A DNA stretch of 64,000 bases from Eledone cirrhosa (Eukaryota): contig OZ024740.1 in NCBI GenBank assembly GCA_964016885.1, forward strand, positions 264,182,001 through 264,246,000. Direction: 5' to 3'. The position numbers were made by a program, and so were the translations under genes. Shown here one piece after another: positions 28,459 to 40,818 of this stretch. The notes under the pieces are model-generated. The model saw nothing but the letters and a program-made list of their open reading frames with translations, was not told where the DNA came from and made no database searches. Each line of letters starts with the position of its first letter. Position 1 is the stretch's first letter.

Positions 28459-28784
28459 CACATATATATACATATATATACATATACAGACATATATACA
28501 TACACATATATACACATACATATATATACATACATACATACACATATATATACATACACAAACATATACGTACACATATACATATATACACACAAAAATA
28601 CATACACATACACATAGGTATGTGAAGGGCAAAACAAAAAGAATATATGGGGGGGGGGGGGCTAAGAGGAGGTAAAAATATAAGGGGAGGTAGGGGAGAA
28701 ACATTTTTTTTTAAAATACAAGAGTACAGAAGGTAGAAGCAGCAAAATAAAAGCCGTAGCAAAAGTAAAGAGCAGAGAAGGAGT

Positions 28785-30541
28785 TCAAGGCGGTTGATTT
28801 ATCGTAGGAGTGTCAATCCAGTTACAGATCAGATGCGATTTCAGATGAGGACAGCATCTGAAGATCTCAGTCTTAGAGTTAAGGCAAGCGGAAGTGTCTC
28901 TCAAGTTTAGCAAAATCCTATACTTTTCTGTGGTACGCAAAGAACAATTCTTTGTGCCCCTTTGGTACTCCCTCGAATGGTCTAATATAGACCAATCAAT
29001 AGAGTACGGGATATTACTATCCTTGAGATCCCATACCTTACTTGCGAGGGCCGTTGATGTTCGTTTATCTGAGTGTTTAAAAGAAGCGACATGTGAGTAA
29101 AATCTGGTTTTAAACCTGTCCTGGGTCATACCGACATATCGCTCGCTTCTGGCTGGCTGGTTGTTGATAACTGGCGTTATTTTAGCCTCATAAACGACAG
29201 ATTTTGTGTTACATTTACCCTGCAATGGGCATTCATCCGCCTTCCTGCAACTGCATCCTGGATTTATCCTCGTACGGTTTGAACTGGTGATTTTGGATTT
29301 CATGGATGGACAACAAGAGTAGCTGATCTTAACTACATTCCTATTAAAAATCTTATAATATCTATGAATAGGAGGAAAATGTTTGTCTAATAGTTCAAGG
29401 AATTTCCTTCCTACATTTGTTTTGACATTTAGAGAGAAGGGGGCTGTGAACCAAATAATCTTCCTTTTCCTGTTATTATGGTTAGTTTTAGGGGGGGGGG
29501 GAGGTAAATAAGAAATATTTTCTGTAAAACCGCTGTTCTTAAGGGCTTTATTATAATAAGGGGCGGCTTTATTAAAAATGTCTATAGACGAAGATAAAGT
29601 AGAAATCCTACGGCTAATGTTAGGAATAAGATTATTAAAAACTATAGGGGGATGGCAAGACTCTTTGTGTATATACCTAAGATTTTCATTAGGTTTATGA
29701 TAGGGTTTAAAAGAGGCAGTAAGTAGATCAAGATTAATATCAAGAAAGTTAGCATTAGTAAGGTTCGTATCTATAGTAATTTTAAGGTTAAGATTAGCAA
29801 AGGTACTAATTAAATCTTTACGGAATTTATCAAGATTATGGCCATTGGTGGTATGAGAAACTGCTAATCCGTCATCACGGTATAAACCGATATTATGGGA
29901 CGGAAATTTCTCTTTGAGTGTGTGGAGAAGGAATAATCCTACTAAGTCGCACACATCCGCACTGTCATAAGAACCCATTGCAACATCGAAAGAGTTTTCC
30001 GGGTTTGACTTTTTAACCCAAATATTATCATTAGTAAAAAGTAAAGTTTTTCTGGCATGAAAGATAATGTCCTCTTCTAATTTGGAGATATTAATGAAGG
30101 GTCTTGCAAAATCTAAGGCTTTAGTTAATAAGGAAACGGTAATAGAAGGGTAAAAATCGACAATATCAAATTGCGTAAATCTACACTTATTTTTACCTTG
30201 TATATTATTGAACCAAGAAATAACAGAGGAAGTATTTAGCCACTGTGAAAGGACAGTGTTAGTTCTAATTTGGAGAATTATTTTTCTTAAGATTTTCTTA
30301 CTAGCAAGGCCAACCTCGGATTTAGCCGGGTTAATCAGTCTACAACTAGGTCGATTAGTAAAGTCCAATTTATGGTCTTTAAGGGTAATATATCCTTTAC
30401 GCTTAGCTAAGCTTTCAATCCGGTTATCTATTTGTAAAGAACTAGCTAGTTCTTTCGCTTCTTTATTGATAGTATTGTAGCTATTATTATTAGTTAATTG
30501 ATATTTATTGGTAATACTATTAGTTAAAAGTTGGTTATACA
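28785..30541 (-). CDS. 5'-truncated PLE RT-GIY-YIG reading frame
   Basis: LKDHK, RLINPAKSE, FDIVDFYPSI, MGSYD, GLYRDDGL, CSC..CPL.GKC, YVGMT..FKTR..H. Confidence 0.88.
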
Positions 30542-30647
30542 GCATATTCGATTATACAGCATATTCGATATTACATATACGATTGGCACTTTCCAGCCCG
30601 ATTAGTTGAGCACTCTACAGTTTTCAGGAATTTAACCAACATACACC

Positions 30648-32778
30648 ATGGACCTTTATGATTTGGATTATTCTATCAAAAACATACCCACTCCTTCCAA
30701 CACAACATACACCAAAATCCTCATTGATAAAATCGAGCAAGTCGTTAAAAGAATGAGATGGAAGGCAATGGTTTACGATGGACTATTCAGTGCTGATACT
30801 AAAGATAATTTTGACATTAAATCCCGTAAATATCCACCTAGAATTAAAGACATGGCCAACTTCGAATTAGACCTCGTTAATCTAATTAGTGATATCAAAT
30901 TTCGTAAGTACAATAATAATTTTCAAACTAAACTTTCTCACGATATCTCTAATTTTAGAAATTCTACAAACACTTTCGTTCTTTCTGATAAAACCAAAAA
31001 CCTCTTTGAAGTTAATAGTAATTTGTATAACCAACTTTTAACTAATAGTATTTCCAATAAATATCAATTAACTAATAATAATAGCTACAATACTATCAAT
31101 AAAGAAGCTAAAGAACTAGCTAGTTCTTTACAAATAGATAACCGGATTGAAAGCTTAGCTAAGCGTAAAGGATATATTACCCTTAAAGACCATAAATTGG
31201 ACTTTACTAATCGACCTAGTTGTAGACTGATTAACCCGGCTAAATCCGAGGTTGGCCTTGCTAGTAAGAAAATCTTAAGAAAAATAATTCTCCAAATTAG
31301 AACTAACACTGTCCTTTCACAGTGGCTAAATACTTCCTCTGTTATTTCTTGGTTCAATAATATACAAGGTAAAAATAAGTGTAGATTTACGCAATTTGAT
31401 ATTGTCGATTTTTACCCTTCTATTACCGTTTCCTTATTAACTAAACCCTTAGATTTTGCAAGACCCTTCATTAATATCTCCAAATTAGAAGAGGACATTA
31501 TCTTTCATGCCAGAAAAACTTTACTTTTTACTAATGATAATATTTGGGTTAAAAAGTCAAACCCGGAAAACTCTTTCGATGTTGCAATGGGTTCTTATGA
31601 CAGTGCGGATGTGTGCGACTTAGTAGGATTATTCCTTCTCCACACACTCAAAGAGAAATTTCCGTCCCATAATATCGGTTTATACCGTGATGACGGATTA
31701 GCAGTTTCTCATACCACCAATGGCCATAATCTTGATAAATTCCGTAAAGATTTAATTAGTACCTTTGCTAATCTTAACCTTAAAATTACTATAGATACGA
31801 ACCTTACTAATGCTAACTTTCTTGATATTAATCTTGATCTACTTACTGCCTCTTTTAAACCCTATCATAAACCTAATGAAAATCTTAGGTATATACACAA
31901 AGAGTCTTGCCATCCCCCTATAGTTTTTAATAATCTTATTCCTAACATTAGCCGTAGGATTTCTACTTTATCTTCGTCTATAGACATTTTTAATAAAGCC
32001 GCCCCTTATTATAATAAAGCCCTTAAGAACAGCGGTTTTACAGAAAATATTTCTTATTTACCTCCCCCCCCCTAAAACTAACCATAATAACAGGAAAAGG
32101 AAGATTATTTGGTTCACACCCCCCTTCTCTCTAAATGTCAAAACAAATGTAGGAAGGAAATTCCTTGAACTATTAGACAAACATTTTCCTCCTATTCATA
32201 GATATTATAAGATTTTTAATAGGAATGTAGTTAAGATCAGCTACTCTTGTTGTCCATCCATGAAATCCAAAATCACCAGTTCAAACCGTACGAGGATAAA
32301 TCCAGGATGCAGTTGCAGGAAGGCGGATGAATGCCCATTGCAGGGTAAATGTAACACAAAATCTGTCGTTTATGAGGCTAAAATAACGCCAGTTATCAAC
32401 AACCAGCCAGCCAGAAGCGAGCGATATGTCGGTATGACCCAGGACAGGTTTAAAACCAGATTTTACTCACATGTCGCTTCTTTTAAACACTCAGATAAAC
32501 GAACATCAACGGCCCTCGCAAGTAAGGTATGGGATCTCAAGGATAGTAATATCCCGTACTCTATTGATTGGTCTATATTAGACCATTCGAGGGAGTACCA
32601 AAGGGGCACAAAGAATTGTTCTTTGTGTACCACAGAAAAGTATAGGATTTTGCTAAACTTGAGAGACACTTCCGCTTGCCTTAACTCTAAGACTGAGATC
32701 TTCAGATGCTGTCCTCATCTGAAATCGCATCTGATCTGTAACTGGATTGACACTCCTACGATAAATCAACCGCCTTGA
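30648..32778 (+). CDS. PLE RT plus GIY-YIG (~710 aa) with one frameshift in a C-run at 32064-32072
   Basis: ORFs 30648-32075 and 32260-32778 join if the C9 run is C11, as in the other arm (29491-29501). KNIP, RMRW and SDKT N-terminal motifs. Confidence 0.9.
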
Positions 32779-33189
32779 ACTCCTTCTCTGCTCTTTACTT
32801 TTGCTACGGCTTTTATTTTGCTGCTTCTACCTTCTGTACTCTTGTATTTTAAAAAAAAAATGTTTCTCCCTTACCTCCCCTTATATTTTTACCTCCTCTT
32901 ACCCCCCCCCCATATATTCTTTTTGTTTTGCCCTTCACATACCTATGTGTATGTGTATGTATTTTTGTGTGTATATATGTATATGTGTACGTATATGTTT
33001 GTGTATGTATATATATGTGTATGTATGTATGTATATATATGTATGTGTATATATGTGTATGTATATATGTCTGTATATGTATATATATGTATATATATGT
33101 GTATATATATATATATATATATAGATGTGTGTGTGTGTCTGTATGTGTGTATATATTTGTATATTTGTGTGTGTATATGTATGTATATA

Positions 33190-33233
<44 letters not shown>

Positions 33234-33271
33234 GATATGTACATGTGTATATATATGTGTGTGTGTATGTG

Positions 33272-33306
<35 letters not shown>

Positions 33307-33510
33307 ATGTATGAATATATGTATGTGTATATGTGTGTATATATGTGTATGTGTGTGTGTGTAAGTATGCTTTTGTGTTTTTTTGTGTGTGTTTGCATGT
33401 GTAGTTTTATTTTATTTTATTTTTCCTTTCCTTCTCCCTTTTCCAGCCTCACTTTCATATAGATTGCATTTTTGTTTTTAGAATCCATATTCAATAAACA
33501 AACCAGGATT

Positions 33511-33570
33511 TTTCATTCTGAGGATTGAAAGCAAAACCTTTTGCTTTTAAGAAACCACTGGTAAATGGAA
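33511..33570 (+). ncRNA. Type I hammerhead ribozyme
   Basis: TTCATT-CTGAGGA-TTGAAAGCAAAA cc TTTTGCTTTTAA-GAAA-CCACTGG-TA-AATGGA. Confidence 0.8.
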
Positions 33571-33659
33571 TAATTGCCTTATGTTGTTTATTACATAATA
33601 ATATATATATATATATATATATATACTGCATATATGAGAAAAAGCGATATTTATATATA

Positions 33660-33905
33660 TATAAAAATAAGTAGAATGGATATTTAATTTGTTGGAAATT
33701 CAACAAATATAAATGTGTATAACTGATTCAGAGCACTCGACTGATGTCTGGAGTAAATATTCAATGATATTAAATAAATGGAAACTATATTTATAAAACC
33801 ATATTTTTCTTTTATATATATTTCAAGGGTACCAAAACTTTGGTACGCTTTCATCAGATAAAATACAAAGAGTGTTTTATACATTTTGACATAACCAAGG
33901 AAACC
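33660..33905 (-). mobile_element. Short PLE 3' derivative (family J) with hammerhead 33805-33866 and tail
   Basis: TATTTTAT-CTGATGA-AAGCGTACCAAA g TTTTGGTACCCTT-GAAA-TATATA-TA. Tail ACTCCAG..TCGAGTGCTC. Confidence 0.75.
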
Positions 33906-33974
33906 ATACCTTAGCAGTTGAACTTTCCCTGGGTAGTCATATATATATATATATGTATTTATATATATATATGT

Positions 33975-36900
33975 ATATATAAGAAGAAATTAAAAGATGA
34001 TTAAAAAGGTTCCGTGTATTCTGTTATGCGCATTTCAAAAACAAATATCATCCTCGGACATAACTTGCGTTCTCATCAGATAAAATAGGGAGACATGATA
34101 TGAAGCTTAAAAAGCACACTTGTGAGCAAGGTAATGTCTAATTAACATATGATAAATAAATTTAAAAGGATATAGGAGATTGGAAAAGAGGGAAGGAAGG
34201 GGAATAAAGGAAGGAAGAGGAAGAAAGGAATAAAAGGAAAAAAGAAGGAAAGGATAACGGAGGAAGAGTATGAGAAGGAGGAAGGAGGGAGAAATAGAAA
34301 GGAGAGAAAGAGAGAGAGATAAACGTTTAAACTGAAAAACGCTGTCTCCACAGAGAGATAACCGAAAAAACGGTTGTAAATTTATAAATAAATAAAAAAA
34401 TAAAAAAATAAAATTTAATGATGTTATGAATGATGTTCTTTACGATTATAGATATAGAAATTAAGTATACTATTTATTTAGGGTTTATATATTTAGTGTT
34501 TATATAGTGAAGGATTTATTAAGATGTGCGAAAAATTTATTAAAATGTATTATTAAGATAAAATAAAGTAAAATAAGATAAGGTGAATGAAAATAAAATT
34601 AAATGATTTATAAGCTTAGAAGACGATATAGGGTCCAATTCTGTTTCAATAGATTGTAATAGAAAAAGTAATTATTTAAGTTAAGACAAGCACGGAAAGA
34701 GTGAAAAAAGAAAAATACGAGGAAGAAAATATTACGTCAAACTTTGTTTACAAAATTCACCTAATGGTAATATTAATAGATTTGAAGTAAAAAATTGGGA
34801 AATATAGCGGCTTAAAGAAGTAATGTTGAGAAAAAATGATATAAAGATGAACTATTTAATAGAGATTTGTATCAACAAGTAGATAAATGAATTAGCTATA
34901 TTGAATTAAAAAATAAAAAAAATTAAAAATTAAAAAATTAGGAGACCAAAAACGTGATAGTATGAATGAACTTTGTAGAATGTACTGAAATATGCGAGAA
35001 AAAAAGTGGTATATGTGTAAAAAAAAGAGATGTAAAAAAAGGGATGTAAAAAAAAAACATGTGTGAGAAAAAGTTTTAATCTTAATTATGGAGTAAGCTG
35101 TATACTTTGTGAAATGATCTAAGCGATTTATGGATGCAAAGCGAAGATAAATCTGTGCGTCTATTTATTATAGAGTTAAAATTAGAGATAATGGTACATT
35201 TTTCCGCTAGGCATAAATTACAAGTTCTAGATACGGAAGCATTGGAATAAGGAGAAGCGTTGTAAATTTTTCTCCAAGAAATTTTGTAATTAATGTTTTT
35301 GTCTTTTAAGGACCAGATGAGTTCTGAGAGTGTAATGTTTGTTCTTTTAAGTAGGCATTTAAAAGACGAAGAATGGTTATATAATATTGCCTTAACGGAA
35401 GTAGAAGTAGAGCCAAAGTAGGTATAAGAATTGATACTAGTTATCACCTTACATTCGTATACTAAATTTTTATCGAGACTGATTATTAAGAGGACATTTA
35501 GTTCTATTAGCGCAATTGCATTTACGATTAATGTTATTAACAGAGTTATTTGCAAGTGGCTCGGAATTATTTATAGAAGGAATTGTAGTGGAGAAATTCC
35601 CTCCAAGGGGTGCTGATGTTTCCTGATTTAGATTAGTATTAGGAGCATTCAACGAAATTACGTTTGACGTGGTATTTATATTTAAGTCATCTTGTCTAGA
35701 GTTTGCATTGATACTATGACGCTCAGGGTTGGATGAATATGATTTAATATTTAATATTTTAGTATTATGTTTAGAGATAATGTTATAGATGTTGGATGTA
35801 GTGGAATAAGAGAATTTAATTGTGTTCTTATTAAAGATCTTACTATAAATATGTGATGAAGGGAAGCAATTATGTAACGCCCTAAAAAAGAATTTAGGAA
35901 TATTACTAATAATAGAAAGAGAAAAAGGAGCTTTGTACCAAATAATATTTTTATATCTAGGTCTCCTATTTATGCTATTGGAATGCTTATAACTAGCTAT
36001 ATTACTATAAGTTCTGCCATGATTGGTTTCATTAGTGTATTTAATTCTGTCTGGATAACTAGCTCTGGATAGCGCCTTATTGTAATAATTGGTTTAGCGT
36101 CGAAGATAAATTTATTAGAAGATAGATTAGAAATTTTTTTTTAAACATTTCTGACTATAGCATTTTTAACATTAATAGGGGAGTTTGATTTAAAAGTAAC
36201 ATAATTTAGGTTCTCATTATCCTTATGATATAGGTAATATAGACCGGTGTCAAGATTATTGGAATATCTAGGAAGTTAACTAATTTAACGTTGTTCTCAA
36301 ATTCAATTTTTAGGTTATGGTGCTTAAATAGATCAAGTATATTATTCTTAATAATATTAAGGTTTACTAAGTTACAGTTTAAGACAGTAAAAAGGGCATC
36401 GTCACGATAAATTCCACCGCGAGGTTGAGGAATTTTCCGATTTGAAGAGTTAAATATGAAAATTCTAACGAAGTCCGTCAATTGCGCTGAATCCGACGAA
36501 CCCATGTTGATGTCAAAATGGTTGGAAGTATCAGCTCTAGTCCAATATTCGTTGTTGAATTCCAGGATAGTTTTTCTTGCGGTGAGAATGATGTTCAATT
36601 CATCTGTGATGATGTCTAAATATTTAAACGCATGAGAGAGAGAGCTTTGTTGAGGAGTGAAGGCGAAATAGAAGAATAGTAACTGGCAATGTCAAACTGA
36701 ATAAATTTGTGTTTGTTTTTATTATTCAGGTCATTGAACCAGTCTATTACATCAGATGTACACATCCATAAATTAAAATTATAATTAGAGCAGTTAGAAC
36801 GAACCTGTGGGATAATTCTATCCAAGATGGATTTACTAACAACCCCCATGTCGGATTTAGAGGGGGCAATTACTCTTACACGCAATTCAGTTCGAAAATT

Positions 36901-37150
36901 AATTTTGTGATGTATAAGATTTATCCTCGGACTTCTTGGGAAAAAGTGCTCGTTCTTTTTCTCGATACGAAGTATAAAAATAATCTCAAAAGCTTCAAAA
37001 TTAATAGATTCAAGATTCTCATGGTTGGTTTTACGATAGGTCTTCCTTGGTACCTTAAGAATAAGGTTATTATATTTATCTCTAGTTACGCCGTATAAAT
37101 TATGTATTTTGTCAGAATCGACTAAAACTTTTTTAGAAGAATTAAGGTCG
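33975..37150 (-). mobile_element. Older decayed family A-related PLE, tail-less arm (hammerhead 34017-34087)
   Basis: ORF pieces 36616-36885, 36206-36598 and 35082-35555 are homologous to 14665-16569. SDK motif near 37110. Confidence 0.88.
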
Positions 37151-37445
37151 ATAATTTTATTCCTATATCCTTTACAACTTATTTATCATATGTTGATTAA
37201 ATACTATCTTATTCACAAGTGTTTTTTTAAAGCTTTATATCATGACTCCCTATTTTATCTGACGAGAACGCGAATATCGTCCCAGTTATGATATTTGCTT
37301 TTGAAATGCGCATAATAAAATACATGGAACTTTTTTAACCATCTTTTAATTAATTCTTATATATACTCCAGTCCAATAAACTGTTGAGTGCTACTTATCC
37401 GATATTTGCATTGCTTTATTGGTCTACAATAAAACTCACCTCCTA
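37150..37445 (+). mobile_element. Short tail-bearing arm of the 33975-37150 element
   Basis: Inverted relative to 33980-34150. Tail homologous to 19593-19676. Confidence 0.8.
37251..37322 (+). ncRNA. Type I hammerhead ribozyme
   Basis: TATTTTAT-CTGACGA-..-GAAA-TGCGCA-TA-ATAAAATA. Confidence 0.8.
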
Positions 37446-37463
37446 TATATACATATATAAATC

Positions 37464-38319
37464 TTAGTACAACATTGATGAAGCTTTAGAATACGGCCAA
37501 GCTAGCGGATATGCATAATCGGTCTGTAGCTTGAGCACTCGGATGAGGAAAGACCCCAGAGTAATAATATTACGCTCAGTCAGCTTAGCAAATCAGATAT
37601 AGCGGTCGGCAGTCCAGCCGCATCACTAGAGCAACGAAAATACAGGACCCAGGAAAAGATTTTATACTGACCCCGACATAGCGGTGAGGCTGAGTGCAAA
37701 ATATATAACTTACATCGTATATCAACAATATAGATCACACATCGCATCCAACACCAGCGCTAAGTTTCTGCAAATCCAAGATCGACAAATTCCTATTGCA
37801 GGAGTCTGCAATATAATGGTTTTTGACGACAGAACATAGGATTTACTTCTTCCACAAGTCTTTCGTTCTTAGCCTGAGTGGGTATGTTGTAGCTTTAAAT
37901 GTCGCCACAGACACGTGGTTTACTCCAAGGGAGGTAACCCCCGCTTAGGCGGTGAATTCTAATTTGAGATGAAGGAATGAATCACTTTAGATAAACCGAA
38001 TAAAGCACTCAACTAGAAGTTATCAAACAAACTTAAACAATTAATCAATCAATATAATCATCTAATTAAATTAATCAGTTAATCGTTAATTCTAGGAGTA
38101 AATATAAATGTTAGTACAGCATTGACGAAGCTTTAGAATACGGCCAAGCTAGCGTATATGCATAATCGGTCAGTAGCTTGAGCACTCGGATGGGGAAAGA
38201 CCCCAGAGTAATAACATTACGTTCAGACAGCTTAACAAATCAGATATAGCGGTCGGCAGTCCAGCCGCATCATTAGATCAACGAAAATAATGGACCCAGG
38301 AAAAGATTTTATACTGACC

Positions 38320-38320
<1 letters not shown>
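37464..38320. repeat. ~210-bp direct repeats (37464-37674, 38111-38320) around a non-coding spacer
   Basis: Direct comparison. Both copies contain TTGAGCACTC. Ends at (TA)n. Confidence 0.85.
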
Positions 38321-38393
<73 letters not shown>

Positions 38394-38400
<7 letters not shown>

Positions 38401-38932
38401 ATAAAGAGATGAAATCGAAAATGCAACTGAAGTCTTATTTTTTAAAAAAATATATATATTTATTTGGTTCCTTTACCGGTTTCGCAGTTCTTCTGCTTTT
38501 CAAAAGGTGAGTTGAGATGGAGGGTCTGTAGTTTTTCTCACATCTGGTTGGTCTCTAAATGTTACTTGTTTTATATGGAAAAAGTGGCTCGAAAGCCAGT
38601 GTAACGCGAACTGGCGCGAAATTTATTATAATTATTGACAAACCAATCAAATTACTTCTCGAAAAACCTGGCTTTCGAGCGACTTTTTCCATATAAAACA
38701 AGTAACATTTAGAGACCAACCAGATGTGAGAAAAACCACAGACCCTCCATCTCAACTCACCTTTTGAAAAGCAGAAGAACTGCGAAACCGGTAAAGGAAC
38801 CAAATAAATATATATATTTTTTTAAAAAATAAGACTTCAGTTGCATTTTCGATTTCATCTCTTTTTCTTTATACTTCCACTCGTGTAGGACACCTCGGTT
38901 ATTTTTCATTTTGTAAAAAAAACCTCACTTTC

Positions 38933-38933
<1 letters not shown>
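38394..38933. mobile_element. Non-coding inverted-arm PLE derivative (family D)
   Basis: ~205-bp inverted repeat 38394-38599/38668-38873 plus ~60-nt tail. Hammerhead-like CCTT-TTGAAAA-GCAG..CTGC-GAAA-CCGG-TA-AAGG at 38760-38797 and 38470-38507. Confidence 0.75.
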
Positions 38934-38959
<26 letters not shown>

Positions 38960-38963
<4 letters not shown>

Positions 38964-40635
38964 ACGGCGATGAATTAGGTTTGCGAGGTTTTTTATATGA
39001 AATTGTGTGTCGAAACAAATATTGTTATATTTGGGGACGGTCATATTTGTGTAATATACCAGAATTAATAACAGAAGACACTCACTGTGTGGTTAGTTTT
39101 CTATTTTCACTTCTGTGTCTTTTATATCGGTTAATTTAATTTATTCTGTCCTCAATGTTGTCATTGACTGACCAACGGTCAAACATACAGATACAATATA
39201 GACACAAACACATATATATAGTCTATCAAAGTTCTTTCGTTGAAAACAGCAACATCGTCAGTGGTGCTATTGTTTCCTGCCGTTGATTTGTATTTTCTAG
39301 GCCATCTGTATTTAGTCTGTTTATATATTTATTTATTTGTTTATTTATTTGTGTCTTCTTTGCGTATGCATTTGCGTGTGTGTATAGTATTTTGTTTGAT
39401 GTGTGTTCGTGATTGGGTGACTGTGTATTGGTTAATGTATTCTATCTTTACTAGTGTGTGTTTATATGTGTTTGTTGTTATTGAGCTTGTGTATATATTT
39501 ATTTATTTATCTATTTATTGATTTATTTATACTTCTCTTAGGTCAGTGTTGTTTGTTTGGGTGTTGTTGTTATTCCATTCATTTTTTCTGTTTAGCCTTG
39601 GCCTTCTAAGTTCTATTTCACTGGCCTCTCTGATTTGCCTATCTGCTGGCTCATTTCTATGTTTAGATATTATTTTAATTTATATGTTGTCTATGTTACC
39701 GTCGTGTTGTTGTCTGGCATGTTCGTATAGTACTGAACTGTTTTTTCGTCCTTTTAGTTCCCCCCAGTTTTGGTCTATCCTTTCACCTATGCTACGAGCT
39801 GTCTCGCAATCAGGGATTTTATGGTGGTTCCTGGCTTTTCTACCACCTTAATCTTTAAGTGGGCTTTATCAGGGCCTTTCTACACTGGTTAGCTAATTTC
39901 CCTCCAGGGGTAGCTTCAACAAACATGACACTCTGGTATCTCTGGTTGTCGTACCATGAGGTGGCTTTCCCTATCTTACGTCTAGCCCTATCTAAGCTAT
40001 TCCATGATTTGCTCCTGTATAATGGGCAAATTCCTTTCATGTCCAGTTCTATGAGGGTCTTGTACTTCTTCGTGGCTGCTTTGTATACTCTGATTCTGTC
40101 TCTTTGGTTGTAGCCAGAGAACTTCATGCGGTTGATGAAGTGTTGGATGTGTCTTTCCATTTCTGTTGGGTCGCACATGCGGGACACGTTCTTCATCACT
40201 CGTACCAAGTCTGCGATCAGAATATTAAACTTAGCACTACTGGACATTGCTGAGATTTTGAGTATCAGGTATTTGGAGGCCATGGGTTTAGCATAGTGTG
40301 AGTGGAGAATTTGGGCTCTCTCGTCTATAGTGTTAATCCAGATTTCCGTGTCTAATACAGGTAGTCTATTGTTAGGGTATTTGGAAGGGTAGTCGATAGT
40401 TACTGTTACACTCTGGTGTATGGAATTAGCTATCTGCTTTCCATTGTACTACCTTCTAAATCAAACTTGTTAGTGCACTCTCGTGGGGATGTTCTTATTA
40501 CTATATTGATATCGTCTACATAACGAGAGTACATGATGAGTTGTATGGAGCTCTCATCAAGGAGACCAACCAAACAGTGAGTGTGTTCTGTCATTAAATC
40601 TGGCAATATTACACAAATATGACCCTCCCCAAGTA

Positions 40636-40640
<5 letters not shown>
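38960..40640 (-). mobile_element. Second decayed family H PLE with short inverted arm 40566-40640
   Basis: ORF 39855-40283 is homologous to 20690-21229. RYVDDINI and ETARSIGER..H..H..RQIREA..LN motifs. Hammerhead CTGACGA..GAAA at ~39227-39263. Confidence 0.82.
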
Positions 40641-40680
<40 letters not shown>

Positions 40681-40721
40681 ATATATCTATATATATATAT
40701 ATATATATATATATCTATATA

Positions 40722-40818
<97 letters not shown>

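Larger units (their letters stand above)
26735..30541 (-). mobile_element. Hydra-like PLE family B, 5'-truncated tail-bearing arm
   Basis: Uninterrupted ORF 28785-30545 (RT plus GIY-YIG), ~2 kb microsatellite-rich 3' UTR with two hammerhead motifs, tail 26735-26800. Confidence 0.92.
30580..33600 (+). mobile_element. Full-length Hydra-like PLE family B, tail-less arm
   Basis: Short 5' UTR, complete ORF, 3' UTR with hammerhead, ending in (TA)n. Inverted relative to 26810-30541. Confidence 0.92.

Noticed and set aside
14762-32669. Short antisense ORFs repeated in both arms (e.g. 15571-15831, 30208-30480)
   Set aside because: They are shadows of the PLE ORF and are duplicated only because the arms are duplicated.
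14665-32778. Selenocysteine recoding or programmed frameshifting in PLE ORFs
   Set aside because: No in-frame TGA at Cys positions. The breaks are homopolymer length changes, and the family B one is absent from the sister arm.
13575-33600. Large inverted repeats as DNA-transposon TIRs or pure assembly artefacts
   Set aside because: The arms are RT-coding, asymmetric and differ by substitutions and indels. The same layout recurs in old diverged copies. Read-level confirmation is still desirable.
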